Shown in pieces: positions 16,416 through 24,408 of a DNA stretch of 35,084 nt (position 1 is the stretch's first letter; each line of letters opens with the position of its first letter). The stretch is from a virus (Duplodnaviria > Caudoviricetes), in the IMG/VR virus record IMGVR_UViG_3300043391_000453, positions 1-35,084 of that record; one strand, written 5' to 3'. A model generated the notes under the pieces. It saw only the letters and a program-made list of their open reading frames with translations. It searched no databases and was not told the origin of the DNA. The position numbers and the translations under genes are program-made.

Positions 16416-16672
16416 TCATCTGCCTCAAGGTTAAAGCGCAAGCCCAAAGCCGATGCCCAAAGCGCAAGGTAATGGGAGGACGGGTATCTTTCCCGGCACT
16501 CCCATTTGCTGACGAGTTTCTCGGCGCACTCGATGATGTCATCGAGCTCCACCTGCGTAATGCCACGCTGCTTTCTTGCCTCGATCAGCTGGTCGATGAT
16601 CGGGTCATAGAAGGCACGGCTGATCAGCCGATTACGATTGCTGTTGTTCGGCGGCGAGCTGGGTAATTGCAC
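16412..16672 (-). CDS. XRE-family HTH regulator
   Basis: LIEARKQRGITQVELDDII..AEKLVSKWEC.ERYPS..LALWASALG. Start codon uncertain. Confidence 0.75.
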   Translation of the reverse strand: MQLPSSPPNNSNRNRLISRAFYDPIIDQLIEARKQRGITQVELDDIIECAEKLVSKWECRERYPSSHYLALWASALGLRFNLEADE

Positions 16673-16838
16673 GGGCGATCTTCTCTGCTGTGTCTAGCTG
16701 GAGATGCCGAGCCCCCTTGATCGAGCGGTAATAGGTGCTGTCCGGCACGGCGGCACGAACAAAGGCATCTTTCAGCTCGATGTTTGAGACAGTTGCCATC
16801 TCTTGCAGTTGTTCTGGGTAGGTTTTTAGTTCAGTCAC
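16632..16838 (-). CDS. Cro-like regulator
   Basis: AGGAG-6-GTG start; first gene divergent from the repressor; LKDAFVRAAVPDSTYYR HTH-like segment. Confidence 0.7.
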   Translation of the reverse strand: MTELKTYPEQLQEMATVSNIELKDAFVRAAVPDSTYYRSIKGARHLQLDTAEKIARAITQLAAEQQQS

Positions 16839-17036
16839 TTGTTACTCCTGCATTTGTGCAGCATTACAAGCCCGAAATATTATGATTTGTGCATGGGTGC
16901 AATAGTTTTGTAGCACTATTGCCAAGGACTTTACTGGGTATCCCCTGATTTAATTAGTCAGAGTCCTGCATGCGTGCTACATAACAAGCCTTGAATAATT
17001 TCGCATCAATTAACGCAATCGTGAAGGGACATCCTC
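16839..17036. promoter_or_regulatory. Divergent immunity/switch region with operator-like sites
   Basis: AT-rich. TGCATTTGTGCA at 16849-16860, TGCATGGGTGCA at 16890-16901, TGCATGCGTGCT at 16967-16978. Inverted repeat GCAATAGT/ACTATTGC at 16899-16922. Confidence 0.7.
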
Positions 17037-17681
17037 ATGACTGATGACTTTGCACGACGCGCCATCAAGGTTTGGATGCGCGAAGTTATGAAACAAAAGG
17101 GCTGGACTGCCAATGAATGGGCAACGAAATCAGGGACTTCGCCTACCAATATCACCAGATTTCTAACCCCAACCTCAGAGATTATGCCAAGCGGTGCAAC
17201 CATTGCTAAGCTAGCGCGTACTGCTGGATCACAGCCTAAGCTCAACATATATGCAGATGTTCGCGATGCTAACTCTTGCAATATTCCCTGCGTTCATGCA
17301 GTTGTAGTGTCAGGATTTTCAAATGATGACTTCTGGAACTGGATCATGGATGAAGACAATGGTTCCAAAGATCGTGCAGTTATTGAAGGCCCAGTTAATG
17401 GGCCGGCTTTTGTTACTGACGTACCGGATGCTGGCATGGTCGGTCGCGGTCTTCTCTCCGGCGACCGCATCCTCGTCGAACAAATCAAAGCCAAAGACTT
17501 AAACCCAGGTCAGCTGGTTCTGGCCCGCCACAATGGTCGGGCTACAGTGTTTGAATGGCAACCACCGCTCGCTTTGTTCCGGCCTTCTCCTGAGCGGGTG
17601 AACGAGCAGGATTACAAGCCCGTTCGCACTACAGAGCTCGAGCTTTATGGCCGGGTTACACGGCTGCTCCGCAATCTATGA
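17037..17681 (+). CDS. CI-like repressor (XRE HTH plus degenerate S24 domain)
   Basis: N-terminal HTH WTANEWATKSGTSPTNITRFL..PSGATIAKL. C-terminal F...V...GM...LLSGDRILVE...GQLVLAR.NG.ATV...LYGRV S24-like fold. Confidence 0.82.
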   Translation: MTDDFARRAIKVWMREVMKQKGWTANEWATKSGTSPTNITRFLTPTSEIMPSGATIAKLARTAGSQPKLNIYADVRDANSCNIPCVHAVVVSGFSNDDFWNWIMDEDNGSKDRAVIEGPVNGPAFVTDVPDAGMVGRGLLSGDRILVEQIKAKDLNPGQLVLARHNGRATVFEWQPPLALFRPSPERVNEQDYKPVRTTELELYGRVTRLLRNL

Positions 17682-17836
17682 AGAAAGATTTCTCAATTCA
17701 TATTGTCGTCGGCTTGTTCATTGCCCTGATTTTGTCTGTTGTTTACAGGGGCATGACAGAAAAGAACCGTTCGTCTGGTTCAGATTGTTACGTTGAGTAC
17801 AGCGACCGCGGTCCAGCGTTAACTGTTTGCGACTAA
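17678..17836 (+). CDS. Small membrane-anchored protein (52 aa), coupled to repressor
   Basis: ATGA overlap with the repressor stop. MKKDFSIHIVVGLFIALILSVVYRGMTEKNRSSGSDCYVEYSDRGPALTVCD. Confidence 0.6.
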   Translation: MKKDFSIHIVVGLFIALILSVVYRGMTEKNRSSGSDCYVEYSDRGPALTVCD

Positions 17837-17837
17837 G

Positions 17838-18131
17838 TCACAGATCAATCGGCGGCTCACCTCCGAGCGCCTTGATCTGTGCTTCGCATTTATCAAGCGC
17901 CTTAAGGATGGCACGCTGCGTCCATTGCGGAGCGCGCCTAGCCTCTGCTTGCGCTTGCAGTTTTACGAATGAACGCCAAAGATTCACTGCCTTGTGCAGT
18001 TCTCGGCGTTCAATCGCGTCAATCTGTCTGCTCAAATCCATCACCTCGCAGTGCATGTCTGCCTCGATGATCAGCTGCTCGCGCTCCCACTCAAGAGGGT
18101 CCCAGCTTAGCGTTTGTCCAGCGTATCCCAT
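17838..18131 (-). CDS. Hypothetical helical protein (97 aa)
   Basis: GGAGGAG RBS; converges on the repressor operon. Confidence 0.6.
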   Translation of the reverse strand: MGYAGQTLSWDPLEWEREQLIIEADMHCEVMDLSRQIDAIERRELHKAVNLWRSFVKLQAQAEARRAPQWTQRAILKALDKCEAQIKALGGEPPIDL

Positions 18132-18132
18132 G

Positions 18133-18222
18133 TCAGCTCCTCCGGTCGATGATTGCGTAGATCGAAGCGATCACGGCTGTGCAAAGCCAGACGTAGATCG
18201 CGAAGGTCATGAAACCGTCCAT
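18133..18222 (-). CDS. Putative 29-aa single-TM peptide
   Basis: GGAGA-8-ATG. MDGFMTFAIYVWLCTAVIASIYAIIDRRS; stop is 1 nt before the next ATG. Confidence 0.4.
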   Translation of the reverse strand: MDGFMTFAIYVWLCTAVIASIYAIIDRRS

Positions 18223-18267
18223 TGCAGTCGTCTCCATGTTGGGTCATTGCCTCTCCATGCGAGGCAC

Positions 18268-18297
18268 AAAAAAAGGGTGGAGCCGAAGCCCCACCCC
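18268..18297 (-). terminator. Rho-independent terminator
   Basis: Minus strand GGGTGGGGC-TTCG-GCTCCACCC-TTTTTTT directly after ORF 18304..18813. Confidence 0.88.
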
Positions 18298-18303
18298 GTA
18301 GTG

Positions 18304-18813
18304 TCAGGCCGCATCGCGGCCTTCGCTGCTGGCGTCCGGTGACTGATAGTCGGTGGCCGGAGCCACGTTGTCGTCGAGCACGGCATTGGCCCGTGCCATC
18401 GCATCGGTGTTGCGGACGCCGGCGGTGGCGGCCGGGCGTGATCCGTAGATGAACTTCTCGCCAGTGGCGTTCTCGTAAACCTTGAGCGCCACCTCGGCGA
18501 AGGCTTCGAGGTGTGCGATCTGGTCGTTCACACGGTCGAGCCAGTCGAGCTTCTTGTTCAGCGTCACCTCGGACAGCTCGTCGCCGCGATGTGCCTTCAT
18601 CGCCTGGCGAACCTCATCCTTGGCCTTCGGATGGGTCGATCCCTTCGTGCGCTCGAGCGACTGGCAAGCGCCGTAGCAGATCGAGTTGAGGATGCGGGAC
18701 TGAACATAAGACAGCTTGTTCACTATCTTTCCATCCTGATTGGTCACGGGTTCGTCGAAGAACCCGGCGACGAGAACGAGGGCGGATTCGAGCTTCTTGG
18801 TCGAGATGGTCAT
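18304..18813 (-). CDS. Helical protein downstream of the ssDNA-promoter-like hairpin
   Basis: AAGGAGA RBS, strongly GC3-biased codons, own terminator. GDELSEVTL...YENATGEKF resembles (from memory) the N-terminal domain of alphaproteobacterial plasmid DUF2493/SLOG proteins. Confidence 0.8.
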   Translation of the reverse strand: MTISTKKLESALVLVAGFFDEPVTNQDGKIVNKLSYVQSRILNSICYGACQSLERTKGSTHPKAKDEVRQAMKAHRGDELSEVTLNKKLDWLDRVNDQIAHLEAFAEVALKVYENATGEKFIYGSRPAATAGVRNTDAMARANAVLDDNVAPATDYQSPDASSEGRDAA

Positions 18814-18817
18814 TGTA

Positions 18818-19050
18818 GGATCTCCTTGGTTACTCGCGCGGGATCGTCCCGTGCGATGGGCTGACAGGGCCGGATCGGCCTGAGGAGCCAGACAAGGGTC
18901 GAAGATCGGCTACGCCGACGCACATTGTTTTGGTGGGCATCTGCTTGCCCACCACCAAAAGAATGTGCGCCCTTGACGGGCTCCGACGATCCGGCATCGT
19001 CTGACCATCACCTGCACGGGCGTCCCTTGCGTGAGGAACCAGGGAGATCC
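18818..19050 (+). promoter_or_regulatory. 233-nt imperfect hairpin, Frpo/ssi-like single-stranded DNA promoter
   Basis: About ten nested complementary segments with G-T pairs on the + strand, and TTGACG in the 3' arm at 18973-18978. Confidence 0.75.
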
Positions 19051-19714
19051 GTTAAGCAATGACCACCGATGACCGGAGAAGCTCGAACCGCCCGATGTTC
19101 GAGTCGCCGGGTTATGAGAGGGTTGGTCATGCCCTGCCAAACAGGTTGGTAAGGTAGGGGACAAGCGGAGCGTCTTATGTTCTAGCCCAGCATCCTCGAT
19201 CTGCTGGCGCTTGACGGTCTTGCTCGACGCACTGAAGGGGTCGGCCCAGCTCGAAGGTCAAGGACAGGAGGTTTGACAGGCTGGTGAAGGTGCATGGCCG
19301 ACGAGCTGGACGAGACGCTGAACAAGGCTCGATTGGTTCGGCCGGGAACGACCGGATCGCACACCTCCAGCCTGAGCTGAGGTGGCCGAGAGCAGCAGCG
19401 AGAACGCCGCTGTGCGAGACGGGCAGCTGCGGATCAGCCCGAGCCGACACCGTGCGTCCGCCACCGATGTGGTGGCACGAGGCCGATGTCTTGCTCGATG
19501 GCAACAGCTCCGGCTGCCGACTGTCAGGCACCAGCCAGCAGTGAAGGCTGTGATGCCATGACACGAAGGGGTGGGGATGAGGCACCAGCCTTTATGCGGT
19601 GCATCTGGCATCATACGATTATCCCACAAGACACGGGATAACTCGGCGTCTGGCCCTTGACATGCTGCACAAATCTCCCCCCTTATACCCCCCTCAGCTC
19701 ATGGAGATGCAGAG

Positions 19715-20128
19715 ATGCAGCAAGACGTTCAGACACAGAAGCTGACCGACAAACAACTCGCGTTCGTCAGCGCATATATCGCATCAGGCGGTGTTGTCGG
19801 GGCCGCCGCTCAAGCGGCAGGCTATGCCTCCGACAACGAAGGTTCCCGCCTTCTGCGAAACCCCAACGTTATCAGTGAGATACAGAAGCAGATGCTCAAC
19901 GCCATCGGTACCCATGCGGTGTCAGCACTGGATACAGTGGCGAAGCTGAGCCGATCCGCGAAGTCAGATTACGTCAGGCTTGAAGCATCGCGTGATCTCT
20001 TGGATCGCGCTGGCTTCAAACCGCCTGAGCGTATCGACCACAGGGTTGATGGCACGCTGAACGTCAGCTTCGACATCGGTATCCCTGCATCTGGCACCAT
20101 CGTTGATGCGGATGTGACCGACCTCTGA
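19715..20128 (+). CDS. terS: Terminase small subunit
   Basis: KLTDKQLAFVSAYI..G...AAQAAGYA...GSRLLRNPNV; upstream of TerL. Confidence 0.88.
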   Translation: MQQDVQTQKLTDKQLAFVSAYIASGGVVGAAAQAAGYASDNEGSRLLRNPNVISEIQKQMLNAIGTHAVSALDTVAKLSRSAKSDYVRLEASRDLLDRAGFKPPERIDHRVDGTLNVSFDIGIPASGTIVDADVTDL

Positions 20129-20213
20129 CCGAGGGGGGGGGTTGAAAACGGGGCAAGTGTGCTGTCACCCCCCGACCCATCTGAGAAAAAGCCACGAAAG
20201 GTTCGTTGCACCC

Positions 20214-20447
20214 ATGCCAGTGACTATTGATCAGGTTCGTTCTGCCTGTGCTTCGGCTTACAGGATACGTCATGCGCCGGGAGCGATCTGGGGTGTGCCT
20301 GATTGGAGTAGGCTTCGGTTTGAGGTGAATGGCAATGAGGTCAGGATATTTGGTGCGTCAGAGCAAGCTGGTCTTCGTTGGTATGTCTGGGAGAAGCTAG
20401 GCAAAGACCCCAAAATGGAAGTGGTGTGCAGCGATGCAGGAAATTGA
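20214..20447 (+). CDS. Hypothetical protein (77 aa)
   Basis: ATG 20214 is in frame with ORF 20142..20447 and fills the terS-terL gap. RBS is weak. Confidence 0.45.
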   Translation: MPVTIDQVRSACASAYRIRHAPGAIWGVPDWSRLRFEVNGNEVRIFGASEQAGLRWYVWEKLGKDPKMEVVCSDAGN

Positions 20448-20661
20448 TCTCATACTTTCGGACAAGCATGAGCAGCAGGGCGGGTTCTCCTCGACCCTTT
20501 CATGGCCGGATCGGCTTCGGCTCCGGGCTGTGGTCAAGAAAATCCACATGAAGCATTACCCCCTCGAGTTTGTGACCGATGCCGAGGCGGACAAGATGAT
20601 CGACGCCATTGCTCCGGCGACTGCGGCCTACCTCATTGAGCAGAACTGGGGGAAGTTCTGA
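20434..20661 (+). CDS. Phage hypothetical protein upstream of TerL
   Basis: LRAVVKKIHMKHYPLEFVTDAEADKMIDAI; stop abuts the TerL start. Confidence 0.7.
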   Translation: MQEIDLILSDKHEQQGGFSSTLSWPDRLRLRAVVKKIHMKHYPLEFVTDAEADKMIDAIAPATAAYLIEQNWGKF

Positions 20662-22176
20662 GTGGCTCAGTTTTCCTACACGGCAGATGGCGAGGTCTTG
20701 AGAAAATTTTTCGCCTCGGAAGCCTTCGTCCGTGCGCTTCGTGGGCCTGTCGGCTCCGGCAAGTCGGTCGCCTGTTGCGCCGAGATATTCCGCCGTTCGC
20801 TTGCGCAGAAGAAGGCACCGGATGGAATCCGCAAGACACGCTGGGCCGTAATCCGCAACACGGCTCCAGAGCTCCGAACCACGACCATCAAGACCTGGCT
20901 CGACTGGTTTCCTGAGCACACCTTCGGCAAGTTCAACTGGCAGCCGCCCTTCACCCACCGCATTCGCAGGGGCGAGCTGGACATCGAGGTCATCTTCATT
21001 GCCCTCGACAAGCCGGAAGATGTAAAGAAACTGCTGTCTCTGGAGCTCACCGGGGCTTGGGCGAACGAAGCGCGCGAGCTTCCCAAGGCCATTATCGACG
21101 CCATGACCATGCGCGTGGGCCGTTTCCCTTCCGAGCGGGACGGTGGCCCCACATGGTCTGGGGTCATCCTCGACACCAACGCTCCCGACGAAGACCACTG
21201 GTGGCCGATCATGGCCGGAGATGTGCCGCTTCCTGACTGGCTGACGGAGCAAGAGGCCCGCCAGATGGTAAAGCCCGCCAACTGGGAGTTCTACACCCAG
21301 CCCGGAGCCATGAAGCCTGTCAAGGACAAGGATGGCGGCATCGCCGGGTACGAGATGAACCCCAAGCGGGAGAACCAGAAGGGCATCAAGCCCTCCTATT
21401 ACCAGAACATGATCGGCGGCAAGACCACGAACTGGGTCAACGTCTATGTCTGCAACAAGTATGGCTCGATCACGGACGGAAAGCCCATCTATCCGCACTT
21501 CGACCGGATGCTCCATGTCGCTGCTGACGCGCTTCAGGCCGTTCAGGGCATCCCGATCCACATGGGCATCGACTTTGGTCTGACGCCCGCTGCCGTGTTC
21601 GGCCAGAATGTCCGTGGCCGCTGGCTGATCCTCAAGGAAATCGTGGCTCAGGACATGGGGATCGTCCGCTTCTCGGAGATTTTGCGGCGCGAGATGATGA
21701 TGTACCAGCCCGCCACCTATTCGGTGTGGGGCGATCCGGCTGGCGACATCCGCGCCCAGACCGACGAGGACACGCCTTTCAAGGTGCTGCGCCATGCTGG
21801 CATCCAGGCACGCCCGACCGAGACGAACGACATCGCGCTTCGCATCGAATCCGTACAGAGCCCCTTGACCCGCCTCATCGACAAGACACCGGGCCTCCTG
21901 ATTGATCCGCGCTGCACCAACCTCATCAAGGGCTTCGAGGGCGGCTATCATTATCGCCGGATGCAGGTGACGGGCGAGCGGTACGAGGAAACCCCGAACA
22001 AGAACCGCTTCTCCCACGTCCATGACGCGCTTCAGTACATGATGCTGGGCGGCGGCGAAGGCCGCGCACTCCTGCGGCCGTCCCAAGGCACCAATGCAGT
22101 GACGAAGCCCCGCAACTGGGATGTCTTCAACCGCAAGCCCAAGGAACAGAAGCGCGGCTTCCTCAAGGGGTGGTGA
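20662..22176 (+). CDS. terL: Terminase large subunit
   Basis: Walker A GPVGSGKS, RWAVIRNT, Walker B GAWANEARE, nuclease motifs GIDFG and SHVHDALQY. Confidence 0.95.
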   Translation: MAQFSYTADGEVLRKFFASEAFVRALRGPVGSGKSVACCAEIFRRSLAQKKAPDGIRKTRWAVIRNTAPELRTTTIKTWLDWFPEHTFGKFNWQPPFTHRIRRGELDIEVIFIALDKPEDVKKLLSLELTGAWANEARELPKAIIDAMTMRVGRFPSERDGGPTWSGVILDTNAPDEDHWWPIMAGDVPLPDWLTEQEARQMVKPANWEFYTQPGAMKPVKDKDGGIAGYEMNPKRENQKGIKPSYYQNMIGGKTTNWVNVYVCNKYGSITDGKPIYPHFDRMLHVAADALQAVQGIPIHMGIDFGLTPAAVFGQNVRGRWLILKEIVAQDMGIVRFSEILRREMMMYQPATYSVWGDPAGDIRAQTDEDTPFKVLRHAGIQARPTETNDIALRIESVQSPLTRLIDKTPGLLIDPRCTNLIKGFEGGYHYRRMQVTGERYEETPNKNRFSHVHDALQYMMLGGGEGRALLRPSQGTNAVTKPRNWDVFNRKPKEQKRGFLKGW

Positions 22177-22181
22177 GTTTT

Positions 22182-22215
22182 GTGCGTTTCTGCACCCATG
22201 CCGTGACCTTATAGA
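22182..22215 (+). promoter_or_regulatory. Putative late promoter GTGCGTT-N21-TATAGA
   Basis: Intergenic copy upstream of the head operon. Confidence 0.65.
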
Positions 22216-22244
22216 TGGCGGATTCCGGCAACTGAGGGGCGATC

Positions 22245-22544
22245 ATGGCAAAGTCACCAGCGTGGACGCGCAAGGAAGGACAAAACCCGAACGGCGGCCT
22301 CAATGACAAGGGCCGTGCCTCCTACAAGGGCGGCACGCTCAAGGCTCCTGTGAAGTCTGGCGACAACCCGCGCCGCGCTTCCTTCCTCGCCCGCATGGGC
22401 AACATGCCGGGGCCGGAAAAGGATTCCAAGGGACGGCCGACACGGCTCCTCAAGAGCCTCATCGCGTGGGGCGCGTCCTCCAAAGCCGATGCCAAGGCCA
22501 AGGCCAAGGCGATTTCGGCCCGCAACAAGGCAAAGGACAAGTGA
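22245..22544 (+). CDS. Small basic phage protein (DUF6321-like)
   Basis: AWTRKEGQNPNGGLN.KGRASY...RRASFLARM...PTRL..SL.AW. Confidence 0.75.
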   Translation: MAKSPAWTRKEGQNPNGGLNDKGRASYKGGTLKAPVKSGDNPRRASFLARMGNMPGPEKDSKGRPTRLLKSLIAWGASSKADAKAKAKAISARNKAKDK

Positions 22545-22639
22545 TGAAGAAGCCCATGCCCTTCCCGAAGAAGAAACCCAAGCAAGCCCGGATCACCAAG
22601 GGCAAGCCCAAGTCCATGATCAAGCCGAAAGGATACTGA
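22544..22639 (+). CDS. 31-aa Lys/Pro-rich peptide
   Basis: TGATG coupling and AGGA RBS. MKKPMPFPKKKPKQARITKGKPKSMIKPKGY. Confidence 0.55.
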   Translation: MKKPMPFPKKKPKQARITKGKPKSMIKPKGY

Positions 22640-22641
22640 CA

Positions 22642-22833
22642 ATGTGCATCCCCAAACCACCGAAGCCCGATCCTGCCATCAAGGCCGCACAGGAAGCTCA
22701 GGCCCGCGCCGCGCAGCAGCGCGCCTCCGAGCTCAAGGCCAACCAGTACGAAACCAGCAAGCGTTCTGCGGCTGGCACTGGCATTCGCTCCCTGATCTCG
22801 AGCGTTGGCGGCTTTGGCCGCAACTTCTTCTGA
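22642..22833 (+). CDS. Small virion protein (T7 gp6.7/gp7.3 position), 63 aa
   Basis: MCIPKPPKPDP... immediately upstream of the portal; AAGGA RBS. Confidence 0.65.
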   Translation: MCIPKPPKPDPAIKAAQEAQARAAQQRASELKANQYETSKRSAAGTGIRSLISSVGGFGRNFF

Positions 22834-22845
22834 GGCTGATGCACC

Positions 22846-24408
22846 ATGAAAACGCCTGACATTGAAACCGTTCTGAAGCAGTTCGACAGCGCCAAGGCGG
22901 AGCGTCTGCTTCGGGAGCCGCGTTTCGATCAGGCGTTCCGCCTGACCATGCCGGGGCGCGGCAGCTTCTTCTCGTCCAACAATGACCGCGACATCGACGA
23001 TGTGTTCGATGAGACGGCTCTTGTGGCCGTGCAGGAGTTCGCATCCCGGTTCCAGGCGGCGATGACGCCCAACCATTCGCGCTGGGCCGAGCTCGAGGCG
23101 GGCAGCGACATCCCCGATGACGACAAGGCCGATGTCAACAAGGAGCTCGATGCCGTCACGGGTGCCGTGTTCGATGTCATCCACCAGTCCAACTTCTCTC
23201 AGGAGAGCTATGAGGCATATCTCGATCTGTCCGTGTCGCTCGGAGCCCTTGAGGTCATCGAGGGAGACGCGCTGAACCCGGTCGTGAACAATGCCATCTC
23301 GCTCAACAGCCTGTGGGTCGGCAACGGCCCCTATGACATGATCGACAAGTTCTTCCGGCTGCGCGAGTACACCGCGGTCGAGATCGGCGTGCGCTATCCG
23401 CAGCACAAAATCTCCGCCGACAAGTTCAAGACCCTGATGGAGTCGGGCAAGTCCATCAAAATCCTCGAGTCCACGACCCGCGACTGGTCGGAACCCGCCA
23501 CCGAGCGCCATCACCGCTGCGTGATCTGGCTCGAGGAAAAGATGATGATCCATCATGAGACATATCAGGGCATCGGCTCCTGCCCGATTGTCGCTTTCCG
23601 CTGGTCAAAGGCCGCTGGCGAAACATGGGGCCGTGGCCCCACGCTCAATGCCCTGCCCGCCATCAAGACCTGCAATCTCGTCGTTCAGATGATCCTCGAG
23701 AACGCCCAGATGTCGATCGCCGGCATCTACAATGCCGACGATGACGGCGTGGTGAACCCGAACACCATTGAGCTTCTGCCCGGCACCATCATTCCCCGCG
23801 CGCCGGGATCGCGTGGCCTTGAGCCCGTTCAGGCCGCTGGCAATTTCAGCGTGGGCGACCTGATCCTCAATGACATGCGCGGCAACATCAAGCGCGCGCT
23901 CTACAATGACATGCTCGGCAACCCGAACAAGACGCCGATGAGCGCCACCGAAGTGGCCGAGCGCATGGCCGACCTGTCGCGCCAGATCGGTGCCGCCTTT
24001 GGCCGCGTCTGGTCGGAGTTCTGCCAGCGTTACCTCGAACGCGTGGTCTTCATCATGAAGAAGCGCGGCCTTATCACGCTGCCGACCGTCAACGGCAAGC
24101 AGATCCGCATCCGCGCCAAGTCACCGCTTGCACAGGCGCAGGCCCAGATCGACATCCAGAACTCGGATCGCTTGGTCGAGCTGGTCAATGCTCGCTTCGG
24201 CCCGCAGCTCGCCAATGTTTTTATCAAGGGCGAGGATATGTCGGCCTATTGGGGTGAAAAGCTGCAAGTCCCCGGCCGTCTGGTGCGCTCGAAGCCCGAG
24301 ATGGCCCAGATGATGCAAGCACTTCAGGGAATGGCCCAGCAGGCCCAGGCCATGCAGGGCGGAGAGGGCGAAGCAATGCCCGCACAGCCGGAGATGCCAG
24401 TTGGCTAA
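22846..24408 (+). CDS. Portal / head-tail connector (T7 gp8-like)
   Basis: 520 aa. VFDETA, RWSKAAGETWGRGP..ALPAIK and TPMSATEVAER..L...IG..FGR motifs. Confidence 0.93.
   Translation: MKTPDIETVLKQFDSAKAERLLREPRFDQAFRLTMPGRGSFFSSNNDRDIDDVFDETALVAVQEFASRFQAAMTPNHSRWAELEAGSDIPDDDKADVNKELDAVTGAVFDVIHQSNFSQESYEAYLDLSVSLGALEVIEGDALNPVVNNAISLNSLWVGNGPYDMIDKFFRLREYTAVEIGVRYPQHKISADKFKTLMESGKSIKILESTTRDWSEPATERHHRCVIWLEEKMMIHHETYQGIGSCPIVAFRWSKAAGETWGRGPTLNALPAIKTCNLVVQMILENAQMSIAGIYNADDDGVVNPNTIELLPGTIIPRAPGSRGLEPVQAAGNFSVGDLILNDMRGNIKRALYNDMLGNPNKTPMSATEVAERMADLSRQIGAAFGRVWSEFCQRYLERVVFIMKKRGLITLPTVNGKQIRIRAKSPLAQAQAQIDIQNSDRLVELVNARFGPQLANVFIKGEDMSAYWGEKLQVPGRLVRSKPEMAQMMQALQGMAQQAQAMQGGEGEAMPAQPEMPVG

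Noticed and set aside
19619-19627. TTATCCCAC as a DnaA box
   Set aside because: Only 6/9 match to TTATCCACA in register, and it is better explained as one arm of an inverted repeat.
19657-19689. TTGACA ... TATACC as a standard sigma70 promoter for terS
   Set aside because: The spacer is 21 nt, too long for a canonical promoter.
20500-22086. Long antisense ORFs (also 1630..2697, 15429..16472, 22459..23556, 31115..32041, 32189..33265)
   Set aside because: They shadow well-supported genes in GC-rich DNA and show no recognisable motifs.
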